From NCBI GenBank assembly GCA_963721805.1, contig CAVRJY010000001.1:224001-288000 (forward strand): a DNA stretch of 64,000 nt, given 5' to 3'. Origin of the DNA: Nitrospirota bacterium (GTDB lineage: Bacteria; Nitrospirota; Thermodesulfovibrionia; Thermodesulfovibrionales; JdFR-86). This document shows, in pieces, positions 1-9,852 of this stretch. Under the pieces are notes generated by a model, which searched no databases, was not told the origin of the DNA, and saw only the letters and a program-made list of their open reading frames with translations. The position numbers and the translations under genes are program-made. Each line of letters opens with the position of its first letter. Positions within the stretch are counted from its first letter, which is position 1.

Positions 1-3000
1 AACACCAGCGGGGCGATCCTGGAGCGCGCGTTCCTGCCTCAGGACTCCCACAGCTTCAACAAGGTATTCAACGACTGCCAGTACGACGTCAACTATAACG
101 TCACGGGCAGCGGGATGCTGCATGACTACACCGCGTTTGACGCCAGCGCTGGCTCCGACGCCTATAACCCCAAAAACTGCTGGGACCCTGACAACACCCT
201 CAACATGTGCAGCGCCACCATCGGCTCGTTAACGGCCCCGCCCTGGGTGCGCATCGCGCGCGGGGGCATACCAAACCCGGACGGGTATTACAATTCCCCC
301 GGATTCTACGGCTTCCCGCGCTGGGCGACCTCCGAGCGCTGGCAGTGCGCGTATCAGGGTGAGGCCAACAAGCCCGCGGCGCCGAGCAACGTCATAAGGT
401 CCACTTTTAATAGTACCCTTCACGATACTGCCTCCGGCGGCGACTGGGGGCCTTACGGCACTACTAACGCTTCTGACATTTCATATTCCACTTCCGACTA
501 TGTCGGCTCCTCCGGCGCTTCGGTGGTCCTCAGCACGCCAAACGCGAACGACGACGCCCGGCTTGAGGAGACGGTCACTACTGTTGCCGGCCACTATTAT
601 CAGCTCGAATACTATTACAAGAACGGGACGGCAGCCCATGCCGGTTATGCGGAAGCAAGAGACGATACAGGCTCCACCCCATGGATCTTCGGCGGGCATG
701 ACTACAGCGATTTTTACTGGGACAACGCCGCGTGGACGTTCCACCAGCACAGGTTCAAGGCCATATCAAACAGCACGCGGATATACCTCGCGGTGCATAA
801 CGTGACCAGTACCACCAACATCACCGGGATGTTCGACGAGGTCACGATGAGAGACATGGGCACGCTTGATACCAGCGGCCCTTATGGCACCAGTTCGCCG
901 GAGGTCATAAACTGGCCGAACCCGGCAAGTTACGCATACTCGCCGCCCTCCCCATATGTCCCCCAGGGCAACAAGATCGGCGACTACACAGTCCACATAG
1001 CCGCGTGCCAGCCCGGAAACGGTTCTGATGGCAAGCCGCTGCTCGGCACGGAGCGCTGCAGGCTCTATCCCAAGGGCGACTATAAGCCCTCCGGCCTGCT
1101 GGAGTCTTATGGCGAGGACGGCACGATGCACTTCGGGCTCATAACCGGAAGCTACAAGCTGAACAAGTCCGGCGGCATTCTGCGCTCGAAGATTACCGAC
1201 ATGTACAGCAGCGGCGACATAAACCAGTCATATGGGACGTTTACGGGCACCAACACCGGCCTGATCACTACACTGGGCAACAAGGGCGGCGGCAACGGCA
1301 AACGAAGCGGAATCGACATCATAGGGTATAACTACTCCGACGCCACGGACCCGGGGACTTACAACAATACATTTTCCTGCAAATGGGGGCGTTCGGATTT
1401 CAACGACGGGCAGTGCGTCACGTGGGGCAACCCCCTTGGCGAGATGGAATACGAGGCCATGCGCTACTTCATGGGGATTTACCCCAACACCACTGACTAT
1501 TACACCTCCAGCAACCCGGATCTAGGCCTGCCCCTGCCCCAGGAGTCATGGAACAAGAACGTGGACCCATTCCAACAAAAATACTCGCAGCCCTGCGAGC
1601 AGGCGTTCAACCTCATCCTTAGCGAGCCTTACCCGAGCTACGACTCCGACCAGGTGCCGGGCGGGTACAGCGGTTTCGGGAACATCGCGGGCGACACCCC
1701 TGACTTTCTGAATAAGGGCGGCGCGTCCGGGTTCGCAAACATCATAGGCGGCAACGAGGGAATGTATAACGGCGGGACGTTCTTCGTGGGCGAATCAGGC
1801 TCATCGAACGACCGGCAGTGCACGGCCAAGACCATAACAAACCTGGCGCAGGTGCGCGGCCAGTGCCCCAACGACTCCGGCACCGAGGGCAGCTTCTACC
1901 TCCCGGCCGTGGCTTACTACGCGAACACAAACGACCTCAGGACAGGCTCCGTGGGCATCTCCAATCAGGACGGTTCGCAGAACATGGTCACGTACTCCGT
2001 GGCCCTCAGCAGCGGCCTGCCGCAGATAAGCCTGCTTACGAACAGCGTAACGATCGTGCCGTCATGCTTCGACTCGACCCTCCACTCCGGGCCTGGACGG
2101 CCCTGCACCATAGTGGACTTTCATATCAATTCATATAAGACTTGCGACCCTGCCCACGGGCTGACGTGGAACGGCACCGCCCCCAACCCTTATAACTACG
2201 CTAAATGGGGGAATTATCCGTACATGGGCGTAGCCTGCAAGGCGGGCGACGTCGAGGGCGACATACATATCTATTGGGAGGACTCGCAGCAGGGCGGTGA
2301 CTACGACCAGGACGCAGACGGCATCCTGCACTTCTATGCGGACGCCGCTGCCAAGACGGTCTGGACATACGTGGACGTGGAGGGCAACTCCACGCCGTAT
2401 AACCTCGATACAGGTTTCATCATAACCGGCACGACAGCGGACGGACAGTATATAACCAACACCTACGTAAACGATGGCAGCGGCCCTCCCCAAAAATGCG
2501 ACGTCACCACGAGCCCGACAGGCACAGGCTGCTCATGGCAGAACACGTTCACCCAGGGGACCGGCGGGGCCCAGACCCTGCACGACCCGATGTGGTACGC
2601 CGCGAAGTACGGCGGGTTTGTGGACCTCAACGGCAACGGCGTGCCGGATGAGGGCGAATGGGACACGAGGGTAAAGGGCACGCCGGATACGTATTTCCTC
2701 GTACAGAACCCCAACCAGCTCGAAAGCTCGCTGGTCGCCGCGTTTAACAGTATCCTTAACCGCGCATCTTCAGGCACTGCGGCATCGGTGCTCGCCTCGG
2801 GCGAGGGCTCGGGCGCAAACCTGCTGCAGGCCATTTACTTCCCGCGCCGCCGCTTCGCCTCGACCGAGATAAGCTGGTCCGGCGTGCTGCAGAACCTCTG
2901 GTATTACGTCGACCCCTACTTCAACACGAGCACCATCCGCGAGGACACCGATCAGAATATGAAGCTCAACCTCACGAAGGACTACATAATCACGATGTTC

Positions 3001-5376
3001 TTCAACAGCGACTCTAACAAGACCTACGCGCTCCGCGGCATAGACTCGCTGGGCGTCGGCAACATCGACTCCTACGCCCCGACCGTGGAGTTCACGAACA
3101 TCAAGTCGCTCTGGGAGGCGGGCAAGCTCCTGTGGATGCGCAACCTCGACACCGAGCCGCGCACTATCTGGACCTATGACGTGACCAACGGAACCGGCAG
3201 CCTGGCCAACCCAAGCGGCCTGATAGCCTTCGACAACTCCACCGCGTCCAAAAACCTCCTGAGCCCGTTCATCAACGCCCCGTCGTTCATAAACGGGACG
3301 TACGACACCACCGGCGACATCATCGACTGGACAAGGGGCTACCTCATCAGCACGGACTACCAGTCGCCAGGGACGCTCGACTGGCGCACCCGCACCGCCG
3401 ACATAGACCTCAACAGCAACGGCAACACGAACGACGACGTGCAGGTCATGCTCTTTAACAGCCCCGACGGCGGCACGCAGCTTACCACGACGGTCAACGA
3501 GGTCAACGAGTGGAAGCTCGGAGACATCATATCCTCGACGCCGAAGATACAGTCACGGTTCAAGATGCACAACTATGACTCGCTGTATGGGGACAAGACG
3601 TACGGCCAGTTCGTGCAGGATTCGTGCATAATAAACAGCGCGGCTTCCATCTGTCCGGTGGCATGCACTGGCGGGTGCCCCATATACGGGCCTGACGACC
3701 AGCGGCGGTACCTCAACCGCGGGACTGTCTTCACCGGGGCCAACGACGGGATGCTCCACGCCTTCAAGCTCGGCAAGCTCATGCTGGCCGGGGTGGACTA
3801 CACCGCCTCGGACCCCCACGAGGTCGCGGAACTCACCGTGCCGGCCTCGGAGATCGTCGCCGGGGACCTCGTGGCCAGCAAGTACCCGGGCAAGGAGCTC
3901 TGGGCCTACATCCCGCTTAACTCGCTGCCCTACCTGAGGCTCATGGCCGAGCCTACGTACTGCCACAACACGAACGTGGACCTCGCGCCGTACGTCTTTG
4001 ACGCGAGCATCATCGGAAACACTCCGGACAGCGCGCGTAATAATATGAGCTGGCGCACCATACTGATAGGGGGCTTCCGCCTGGGCGGGGCGTGCCGCGA
4101 CAACGGCGGCACCTGCGGCACCGGAGGCTGCGTGAAGGCGCCCCTTACGGCGACGGTCGACGGCGTCTCCGGCACCAGCGTCGGCTACTCGTCTTACTTC
4201 GCACTTGACGTGACCGACCCCTACAACCCGACCCTGATGTGGGAGTTCAAGGACCCCGCCCTGGGCTTCTCATCCTCAGGCCCTGCGATAGTGCGCATTG
4301 CCAGCTCGCCCACCGGCTCGCCGGACTCCACGAACGGCAACTGGTTTGTGGTCATCGGATCGGGCCCGACCGGGCCGATAGATACCACAAACCACCAGTT
4401 CATGGGCCAGTCGGACCAGCACATGCAGCTGTTCGTCCTGGACCTCAAGACGGGCGCGCTCCTGCGCACGATTGACACCAACATCGCCAATGCCTTCGCG
4501 AGCTCCATGGTCAACGTCACGATAGACCTGAACGTCAACTACTCCGACGACGTCCTGTACGTCGGTTACACCAAGGCGGTCACATCGGGCGGCGCGACCA
4601 CGTGGACCGACGGGGGCGTAGGCAGGCTCATCACCAACGAAGACTACCATCCCGCGAATTGGATATGGAGCACGGTCATCGACGGCACGGGCCCGGTGAC
4701 GGTCGCCCCGGCCAAGCTCCTCGATACGCGCAACAACAGGATGTGGCTGTATTTCGGCACCGGGAGGTTCTTCTTCAAGAACACGGCGACGGCGGACGAC
4801 CTGACCTCCCCGCGCAAGCTCTACGGGATCTCGGACCCGTGCCTGGTTAACTTTGCGTCCCTGACCGTTTCGGGCATCTGGAACTCGGTCTGCACGACAG
4901 ACACCGGCGGCCAGAGGGCAACCGCCCCTGCTACCGGGAGCCTGACTAACATGACGGACACCAACTCCCAGGCCACGCTCAATACAAACGGCTGGTACAT
5001 AAACCTCATGGCCAACTCCACGGGCGCGGAACGCGACATCACCGACCCGCTGGCCACGACGGCCGGGTTCGTCTACTTCACGACGTATATCCCGCAGACC
5101 TCGATGTGCAAGCTCGACGGCACGACATACCTCTGGGCCGTGAAGTACGACACCGGCGGCTTGCCTGCCGGGATCGCGGGCACCGCGATAATACAGGTCT
5201 CGACCGGAGCGATACAGCAGATGGACCTCTCAAAGACTTTTGTGGACAAGGGCGCGAGCAACAGCTACGGCCGAAGGTCCGGGGCGATGGTCGGCGCTCC
5301 GCCAAACGCGCAGGGCCTCTCGATACTCGGCTCGCCGCCGCCGGTGAAGCGCATCATTCACCAGATAGAGCGATGA
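1..5376 (+). CDS. pilY1: Type IV pilus tip adhesin PilY1/PilC (5' end lies outside the window)
   Basis: Frame is open from base 1 (NTSGAILERAFLPQDSHSF). C-terminal PilC beta-propeller motifs (WKLGDIISSTP, GANDGMLHAF, ELWAYIP, FALDVTDP, LYFGTGR), Ca-binding-like DLNGNGVPDEGEWD, and adjacent minor pilins. Confidence 0.9.
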   Translation, partial: NTSGAILERAFLPQDSHSFNKVFNDCQYDVNYNVTGSGMLHDYTAFDASAGSDAYNPKNCWDPDNTLNMCSATIGSLTAPPWVRIARGGIPNPDGYYNSPGFYGFPRWATSERWQCAYQGEANKPAAPSNVIRSTFNSTLHDTASGGDWGPYGTTNASDISYSTSDYVGSSGASVVLSTPNANDDARLEETVTTVAGHYYQLEYYYKNGTAAHAGYAEARDDTGSTPWIFGGHDYSDFYWDNAAWTFHQHRFKAISNSTRIYLAVHNVTSTTNITGMFDEVTMRDMGTLDTSGPYGTSSPEVINWPNPASYAYSPPSPYVPQGNKIGDYTVHIAACQPGNGSDGKPLLGTERCRLYPKGDYKPSGLLESYGEDGTMHFGLITGSYKLNKSGGILRSKITDMYSSGDINQSYGTFTGTNTGLITTLGNKGGGNGKRSGIDIIGYNYSDATDPGTYNNTFSCKWGRSDFNDGQCVTWGNPLGEMEYEAMRYFMGIYPNTTDYYTSSNPDLGLPLPQESWNKNVDPFQQKYSQPCEQAFNLILSEPYPSYDSDQVPGGYSGFGNIAGDTPDFLNKGGASGFANIIGGNEGMYNGGTFFVGESGSSNDRQCTAKTITNLAQVRGQCPNDSGTEGSFYLPAVAYYANTNDLRTGSVGISNQDGSQNMVTYSVALSSGLPQISLLTNSVTIVPSCFDSTLHSGPGRPCTIVDFHINSYKTCDPAHGLTWNGTAPNPYNYAKWGNYPYMGVACKAGDVEGDIHIYWEDSQQGGDYDQDADGILHFYADAAAKTVWTYVDVEGNSTPYNLDTGFIITGTTADGQYITNTYVNDGSGPPQKCDVTTSPTGTGCSWQNTFTQGTGGAQTLHDPMWYAAKYGGFVDLNGNGVPDEGEWDTRVKGTPDTYFLVQNPNQLESSLVAAFNSILNRASSGTAASVLASGEGSGANLLQAIYFPRRRFASTEISWSGVLQNLWYYVDPYFNTSTIREDTDQNMKLNLTKDYIITMFFNSDSNKTYALRGIDSLGVGNIDSYAPTVEFTNIKSLWEAGKLLWMRNLDTEPRTIWTYDVTNGTGSLANPSGLIAFDNSTASKNLLSPFINAPSFINGTYDTTGDIIDWTRGYLISTDYQSPGTLDWRTRTADIDLNSNGNTNDDVQVMLFNSPDGGTQLTTTVNEVNEWKLGDIISSTPKIQSRFKMHNYDSLYGDKTYGQFVQDSCIINSAASICPVACTGGCPIYGPDDQRRYLNRGTVFTGANDGMLHAFKLGKLMLAGVDYTASDPHEVAELTVPASEIVAGDLVASKYPGKELWAYIPLNSLPYLRLMAEPTYCHNTNVDLAPYVFDASIIGNTPDSARNNMSWRTILIGGFRLGGACRDNGGTCGTGGCVKAPLTATVDGVSGTSVGYSSYFALDVTDPYNPTLMWEFKDPALGFSSSGPAIVRIASSPTGSPDSTNGNWFVVIGSGPTGPIDTTNHQFMGQSDQHMQLFVLDLKTGALLRTIDTNIANAFASSMVNVTIDLNVNYSDDVLYVGYTKAVTSGGATTWTDGGVGRLITNEDYHPANWIWSTVIDGTGPVTVAPAKLLDTRNNRMWLYFGTGRFFFKNTATADDLTSPRKLYGISDPCLVNFASLTVSGIWNSVCTTDTGGQRATAPATGSLTNMTDTNSQATLNTNGWYINLMANSTGAERDITDPLATTAGFVYFTTYIPQTSMCKLDGTTYLWAVKYDTGGLPAGIAGTAIIQVSTGAIQQMDLSKTFVDKGASNSYGRRSGAMVGAPPNAQGLSILGSPPPVKRIIHQIER

Positions 5377-5419
5377 GCGGGTACGGTAAAAGCGATGAGC
5401 GGTTATTGTAAAACCGGCG

Positions 5420-5441
5420 GGCGCTCTAGGAATAGAGCGCC
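5420..5441 (+). terminator. 9-bp hairpin with GGAA tetraloop after pilY1 (terminator or RNA-stability element)
   Basis: ggcgctcta-ggaa-tagagcgcc; no U-tract follows. Confidence 0.35.
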
Positions 5442-5476
5442 GGGCCGTGTATGATAATAGCGGTGGGGAGGACTGT

Positions 5477-6235
5477 ATGGGCATGAGAGCGCCGTGGCGC
5501 ACGCGTGAAGCGGTCAGGCATGCCCGCTGGGCAGGGCGCGGCAAGGCGGGCTTCACGCTCGTCGAGCTGATGATCGTGGTCTCGATCATCGGGCTGCTGC
5601 TCGTGATAGCGGCATGGAACTACGCGGGCTGGATCGGGCGCCACAGGGTCGAGTCCTTCACGCGCGACCTCCAGGCCGCGGTGATGGACGTCCGCATGTC
5701 CGCGGTCTCGGACTCGACCACCCACTGCTTCTTCCTGAACACGCCCGGCGCGCAGGCGAACCTCTATGCCACGTACTACGTCAACAGGGACACGAACAAC
5801 AACCTCATATGCAGCGGGACAGGCGCCGATGCGGGCGGGGCCGTGATCATGGCCGGTTTCCCCAAGAACGTCGTCCCCGGCACCGTAAGCACCCCCGCTA
5901 CCAAATACGTGCTCAACAACCTGGAGTTCAAGGCGGGCGGCGTGCCCGTGACCGAGGTCGACTTCAGCCCGCGCGGCATGCTCGTCGACACCGGCGGCAC
6001 GCTGATCACGGGCACGCAACTGCCGGACGGCACGTGGGTCCCCGGGATCATCCTCAAGGTGGACTACCCCGGCGAGTGCTGGTTCACCGGCGAGTGCGCT
6101 GACTCGACGACCGACCGCAAGGTATACCCGGATATCGACTGCGTGGTAATCACCCCCACGCAGGTAAACGTTGGGCTCGGCCGCATCAACCCGGCAAACA
6201 ACCTATGGGACGGACAACACTGCGATGTCAAATAA
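5477..6235 (+). CDS. fimT: FimT/FimU (GspH-like) minor pilin
   Basis: Prepilin motif KAG|FTLVELMIVVSII; GGAGG RBS before ATG 5477. Confidence 0.8.
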   Translation: MGMRAPWRTREAVRHARWAGRGKAGFTLVELMIVVSIIGLLLVIAAWNYAGWIGRHRVESFTRDLQAAVMDVRMSAVSDSTTHCFFLNTPGAQANLYATYYVNRDTNNNLICSGTGADAGGAVIMAGFPKNVVPGTVSTPATKYVLNNLEFKAGGVPVTEVDFSPRGMLVDTGGTLITGTQLPDGTWVPGIILKVDYPGECWFTGECADSTTDRKVYPDIDCVVITPTQVNVGLGRINPANNLWDGQHCDVK

Positions 6236-6737
6236 GATAGACCTTGTCGCTACCCGCGGAAGGCGGGGCATGACGCTCATCGAGGTCCTGATCTCGATGG
6301 TGATACTGCTGTTCGTGGCGCTCGCGCTGGTGCAGGTCGTAACCCTCACGCTCGACGTGAACATGAAGGCCGCCCTGCAGGACCAGGCCGTGCGCCTCGC
6401 CGGGGAGCGCATGAGCAACATGCGTAACATCTCGCTCTCAAACATAACGGCCCCAACCGCGTTCGCCACCCCCTCGGGGCAGCCGGTCGTCGAGACGGTG
6501 AGGAACTACAGGGTGAGTTATTACATAACCAACAATGTGGCGCCGAACCTCACCAACGGGCTGGTCGCGAACCCCCTGGGAGGCGCGGCCTCCGAAGCGA
6601 CCTCCGGGGAGGTATGGCTCATCAACACGCTGGTCGAGTGGCAGTGGAGGGGGCAGGGCAGCGGGGCGTGCAAGCATGCCGACCTGACAGGCGACCAGTG
6701 CTACTCCCACCTGCTGAGCGCCGTGAGGAGCCAGTAA
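6225..6737 (+). CDS. pilV: PilV-like minor pilin
   Basis: RRG|MTLIEVLISMVILLFV prepilin motif; position in the cluster. Confidence 0.75.
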   Translation: MSNKIDLVATRGRRGMTLIEVLISMVILLFVALALVQVVTLTLDVNMKAALQDQAVRLAGERMSNMRNISLSNITAPTAFATPSGQPVVETVRNYRVSYYITNNVAPNLTNGLVANPLGGAASEATSGEVWLINTLVEWQWRGQGSGACKHADLTGDQCYSHLLSAVRSQ

Positions 6738-8113
6738 TGACAAACATGCCGGGAGAGATATCGACGGCCCCGAAACGCGCTCTGGCGCGGAGGGCGGCCG
6801 GCGCCCGCGGCTTCACGCTCGTGGAGCTGCTCGTCGTGATGCTGATCACGATGTTCGTGCTGTACGCAGCGACCCAGACGCTCGGCTCGCTGGTCATCCA
6901 GTTCAAGCAGCAGGCCCGCGTCACCGAGACGAACATCTCAAGCATGCTGGGCCTCGAGGTCCTCAGGCGCGACCTCCACGCGGCCGGATACGGCCTGCCG
7001 TGGGGCGATGCCTCGACGACCACGACGCTCGCGGGCTTCCCGTATGCGGAGGCTTCCGACGCGGACCAGTTCATGTACGACCATAACGCACTGCTCCCAT
7101 CCAAGCCAAGCGACCTCAACGACGCCCCCAACGGCGCCCCGCGCGCCGTGGCGAGCAAGACAAACGCCGGGCCGAACAATTCCGATTTGCTGGCCATCAA
7201 GTCCGCCAAGGCCGCCATTAACCGCGCGGCCGGGAAATTCCACATGCTCTACACCGACGGGACTACCGGCGTGTACAATACGCCGTCGGACAACCTCTGC
7301 CCTAATACGGTCCCGAACAATACCTGTGTCGCCGGGGCCAGCGACTTGGCGATCGTGCTGTCGCCAGACCCGACCGAAACCTCAACGAGCATGACGCTCG
7401 TATCGGCCAGCACCCCGTTTGCCTCGAACATGGCCGGGCTGGACAACCCCAATATCACGCGCCTCGTATACGGCATAGACTCCAGGGGACCGGCCTCGAC
7501 GCCCGAGGCGCTCAGCGCGCTCCGCTTCCCGTTTAACAGGGCTGACTACTACATCTCGTACCGGAACGTGCCCGAGAGGTGCGCCCACAACAGCGACCTA
7601 AATCCGGGCCCGGGCCAGGCAGGCTTCGATACCGCCCATCCGCCCACTGACCGCACGAACCTCGCAAATCCCGGCACCGGCGTGCTCGTCAAGACAGTGC
7701 TCGACCAGAAGGACGGCGACTACTGGTTCGAGGGCCAGGACACCACGCAGGCCGACGAGATGCCGATCGAGGAGTGCGTTGCGGACTTCAAGGTGATTTA
7801 CGGCCTCGACCTGACCGGCAACGGGATAATCACATACGACGCGAACACCCTCACAAGCGGATATGACGCCGCGGCCATACGCAGCTATGTGCGCGAGGTG
7901 CGCGTTTATGTCGTCAGGCACGAGGGCACGTTCGACCCGAAATTCACTTTTGACACTGACCCATCGACCCCGGCCATCGACTCCAACCCGGTCATAAACG
8001 TCGACGAGATGGGCCTGAGCGGCACGCTGGACCTCTCTGCAATGGACCCCAGATGGCAGAACTTCAGATGGAAAATCGACCGGCTGGTTGAAAAGCCGGT
8101 CATGTTGAGGTGA
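6737..8113 (+). CDS. pilW: PilW-like minor pilin
   Basis: ARG|FTLVELLVV, LRRDLHAAGYG motif, C-terminal DFKVIYGLD; start overlaps the pilV stop (TAATG). Confidence 0.8.
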   Translation: MTNMPGEISTAPKRALARRAAGARGFTLVELLVVMLITMFVLYAATQTLGSLVIQFKQQARVTETNISSMLGLEVLRRDLHAAGYGLPWGDASTTTTLAGFPYAEASDADQFMYDHNALLPSKPSDLNDAPNGAPRAVASKTNAGPNNSDLLAIKSAKAAINRAAGKFHMLYTDGTTGVYNTPSDNLCPNTVPNNTCVAGASDLAIVLSPDPTETSTSMTLVSASTPFASNMAGLDNPNITRLVYGIDSRGPASTPEALSALRFPFNRADYYISYRNVPERCAHNSDLNPGPGQAGFDTAHPPTDRTNLANPGTGVLVKTVLDQKDGDYWFEGQDTTQADEMPIEECVADFKVIYGLDLTGNGIITYDANTLTSGYDAAAIRSYVREVRVYVVRHEGTFDPKFTFDTDPSTPAIDSNPVINVDEMGLSGTLDLSAMDPRWQNFRWKIDRLVEKPVMLR

Positions 8114-8757
8114 CAAATAAAATGAGAAGGACGGATAAAGGCGGACGTGGCGCCGCCCCGCTGGGAAACGAACGGGGCGTGGCCCTGATACTGGTCCTCA
8201 TGATAGCGACCATAGCGCTCGCGGTGACCGCCACGCTGCTATACATCATAAGCGTGAACTCCCGCATGACCGGCATAGAGAAGCGCTACGAGAGCGCGCT
8301 TGACGCGGGCGAGGCGGTCACGGGCGTGGCCTCGGACATCATAGGCCAGAGGTTCGACATCACCGACACGGGTCACCACTACGTCCTCCCCGGGGCGGGT
8401 TTCACCCCGAATCCCCTGATGACTACCGCCAGCGGCTGCTGGCAGGCCAAGATGTACAGCAATACCGCAAACTGGCCGGTCGGCTGTGACGCGGACTTCA
8501 ACGTATCGCAGAGCAGCTATGACTTCCACTATACGACGGGCGGCGCGCCGAGCTTTGACGTATACGCCAAGATCATCAATACCGTTGCCGGCAACTCGGC
8601 CCCCGACCTGGGACTCAGGAAAAACGGGGTCGTGGCCGCCAGCCCCGGCGATCTCGCCGTCCCGTCGCGGCCCTACATGTACATGATCGAGGTGGCGGCG
8701 ATCAACCAGTCAAACCCCAGCGAGCGGGCGCGCGTCTCGATGCTCTACCAGTACTGA
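8110..8757 (+). CDS. pilX: PilX-like minor pilin
   Basis: NERG|VALILVLMI (no Glu5, typical of PilX) and ALDAGEA motif. Confidence 0.8.
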   Translation: MTNKMRRTDKGGRGAAPLGNERGVALILVLMIATIALAVTATLLYIISVNSRMTGIEKRYESALDAGEAVTGVASDIIGQRFDITDTGHHYVLPGAGFTPNPLMTTASGCWQAKMYSNTANWPVGCDADFNVSQSSYDFHYTTGGAPSFDVYAKIINTVAGNSAPDLGLRKNGVVAASPGDLAVPSRPYMYMIEVAAINQSNPSERARVSMLYQY

Positions 8758-8800
8758 GCCCGGCCCACGCATGATGGCGCGTTTGGATTATAATACCCCG

Positions 8801-9760
8801 ATGAGGCGAGTGATCGTCATAGCGATGCTGCTGTCCCTTGCGCTTGGGTGCAGCAAGAAGGCCCCCGAGGCCCCTGCGAACGCGCCCGCCGCGGCTGGCA
8901 ACTCAGCCGCCGCCCCCGCGCAAGCGGCTCCGGCGGCCCAGGCCGGGCTTTCCATCGCCCCGGATAAGCCATTTGTCACGACTGTCATAACGCCCTCGGC
9001 CACGGGGTTCGACCTCTCGAAGGCCAGCATCGCGTGGTCCGTCAACGGCAAGCCCGTGCCGACCTTCGACCCGAAGGGGTTTGACCCCTCGCGCGACGGG
9101 GCCAAGAAGGGCGACACCGTCACCGCGGCCGCTACCGTGGACTCGAAGGAATACCAATCCAATGCGGTGGTGATACTGGACTCCGCCCCGCAGATCGTCA
9201 AGCTGATGCTGCTGCCCGAGGGCGCGAACACCGATGCGGACATCTGGGTCGACGCCGAGGCCACTGACGCCGACGGCGACCCCGTGACGTTCGAATACGA
9301 GTGGGTCATGGACGGCAAGGTCGTGAGCAGCACCAAGGGCCTCCCGAGGGAGGCCAACAAAACCGGCACCGAGTTCGTGGTCACGGTGACGCCCTCGGAC
9401 GGCGAACTCAAGGGCCAGAGCGTGAGCCTCCGCCGCTCGATCCTCAACTTCCCGCCCAGGATCGAGGCGAAATACGACTATGAATTCGACGGCAGGGTTC
9501 TGACGTACCAGATAAGGGCCACCGACCCCGACGGGGACAAGATCACCTACGGCGTTCAGGACCCGCAGCCGGGCATGAGCGTGGACGCCGGGACCGGGGC
9601 GCTCCGGTGGGACGTGCCCGAGGGGCTTACGAACACGACGGTGCCGATAGTCGTCACGGCCTCCGACGGCCGGGGCGGCACGGCCACGATGCAACTGAGT
9701 TTCACGCTCAAGACCGAGCCCGCCGCAGCTCCTGCGGCCCCCGCGCCAGCCGCAAAGTAG
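8801..9760 (+). CDS. Lipoprotein with Ig-like/cadherin-like repeats
   Basis: Lipobox LALG|C, Ala/Pro linker, ATDADGD and ATDPDGD motifs, GMSVDAGTGALRW putative-Ig motif. Confidence 0.7.
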   Translation: MRRVIVIAMLLSLALGCSKKAPEAPANAPAAAGNSAAAPAQAAPAAQAGLSIAPDKPFVTTVITPSATGFDLSKASIAWSVNGKPVPTFDPKGFDPSRDGAKKGDTVTAAATVDSKEYQSNAVVILDSAPQIVKLMLLPEGANTDADIWVDAEATDADGDPVTFEYEWVMDGKVVSSTKGLPREANKTGTEFVVTVTPSDGELKGQSVSLRRSILNFPPRIEAKYDYEFDGRVLTYQIRATDPDGDKITYGVQDPQPGMSVDAGTGALRWDVPEGLTNTTVPIVVTASDGRGGTATMQLSFTLKTEPAAAPAAPAPAAK

Positions 9761-9772
9761 CTTCCGGGGGCT

Positions 9773-9835
9773 AGGGGGCAGAGCCCCCTGAAAGAGAGGG
9801 GTCCGTGACCCCTGATGGAAGGGGCAGTCGCCCCT
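9773..9835. repeat. Three tandem REP-like GC hairpins
   Basis: agggggc-aga-gccccct, aggggtc-cgt-gacccct and aggggc-agtc-gcccct at 23-24 bp spacing. Confidence 0.7.
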
Positions 9836-9852
9836 GAGTTATAATTTCTCCC

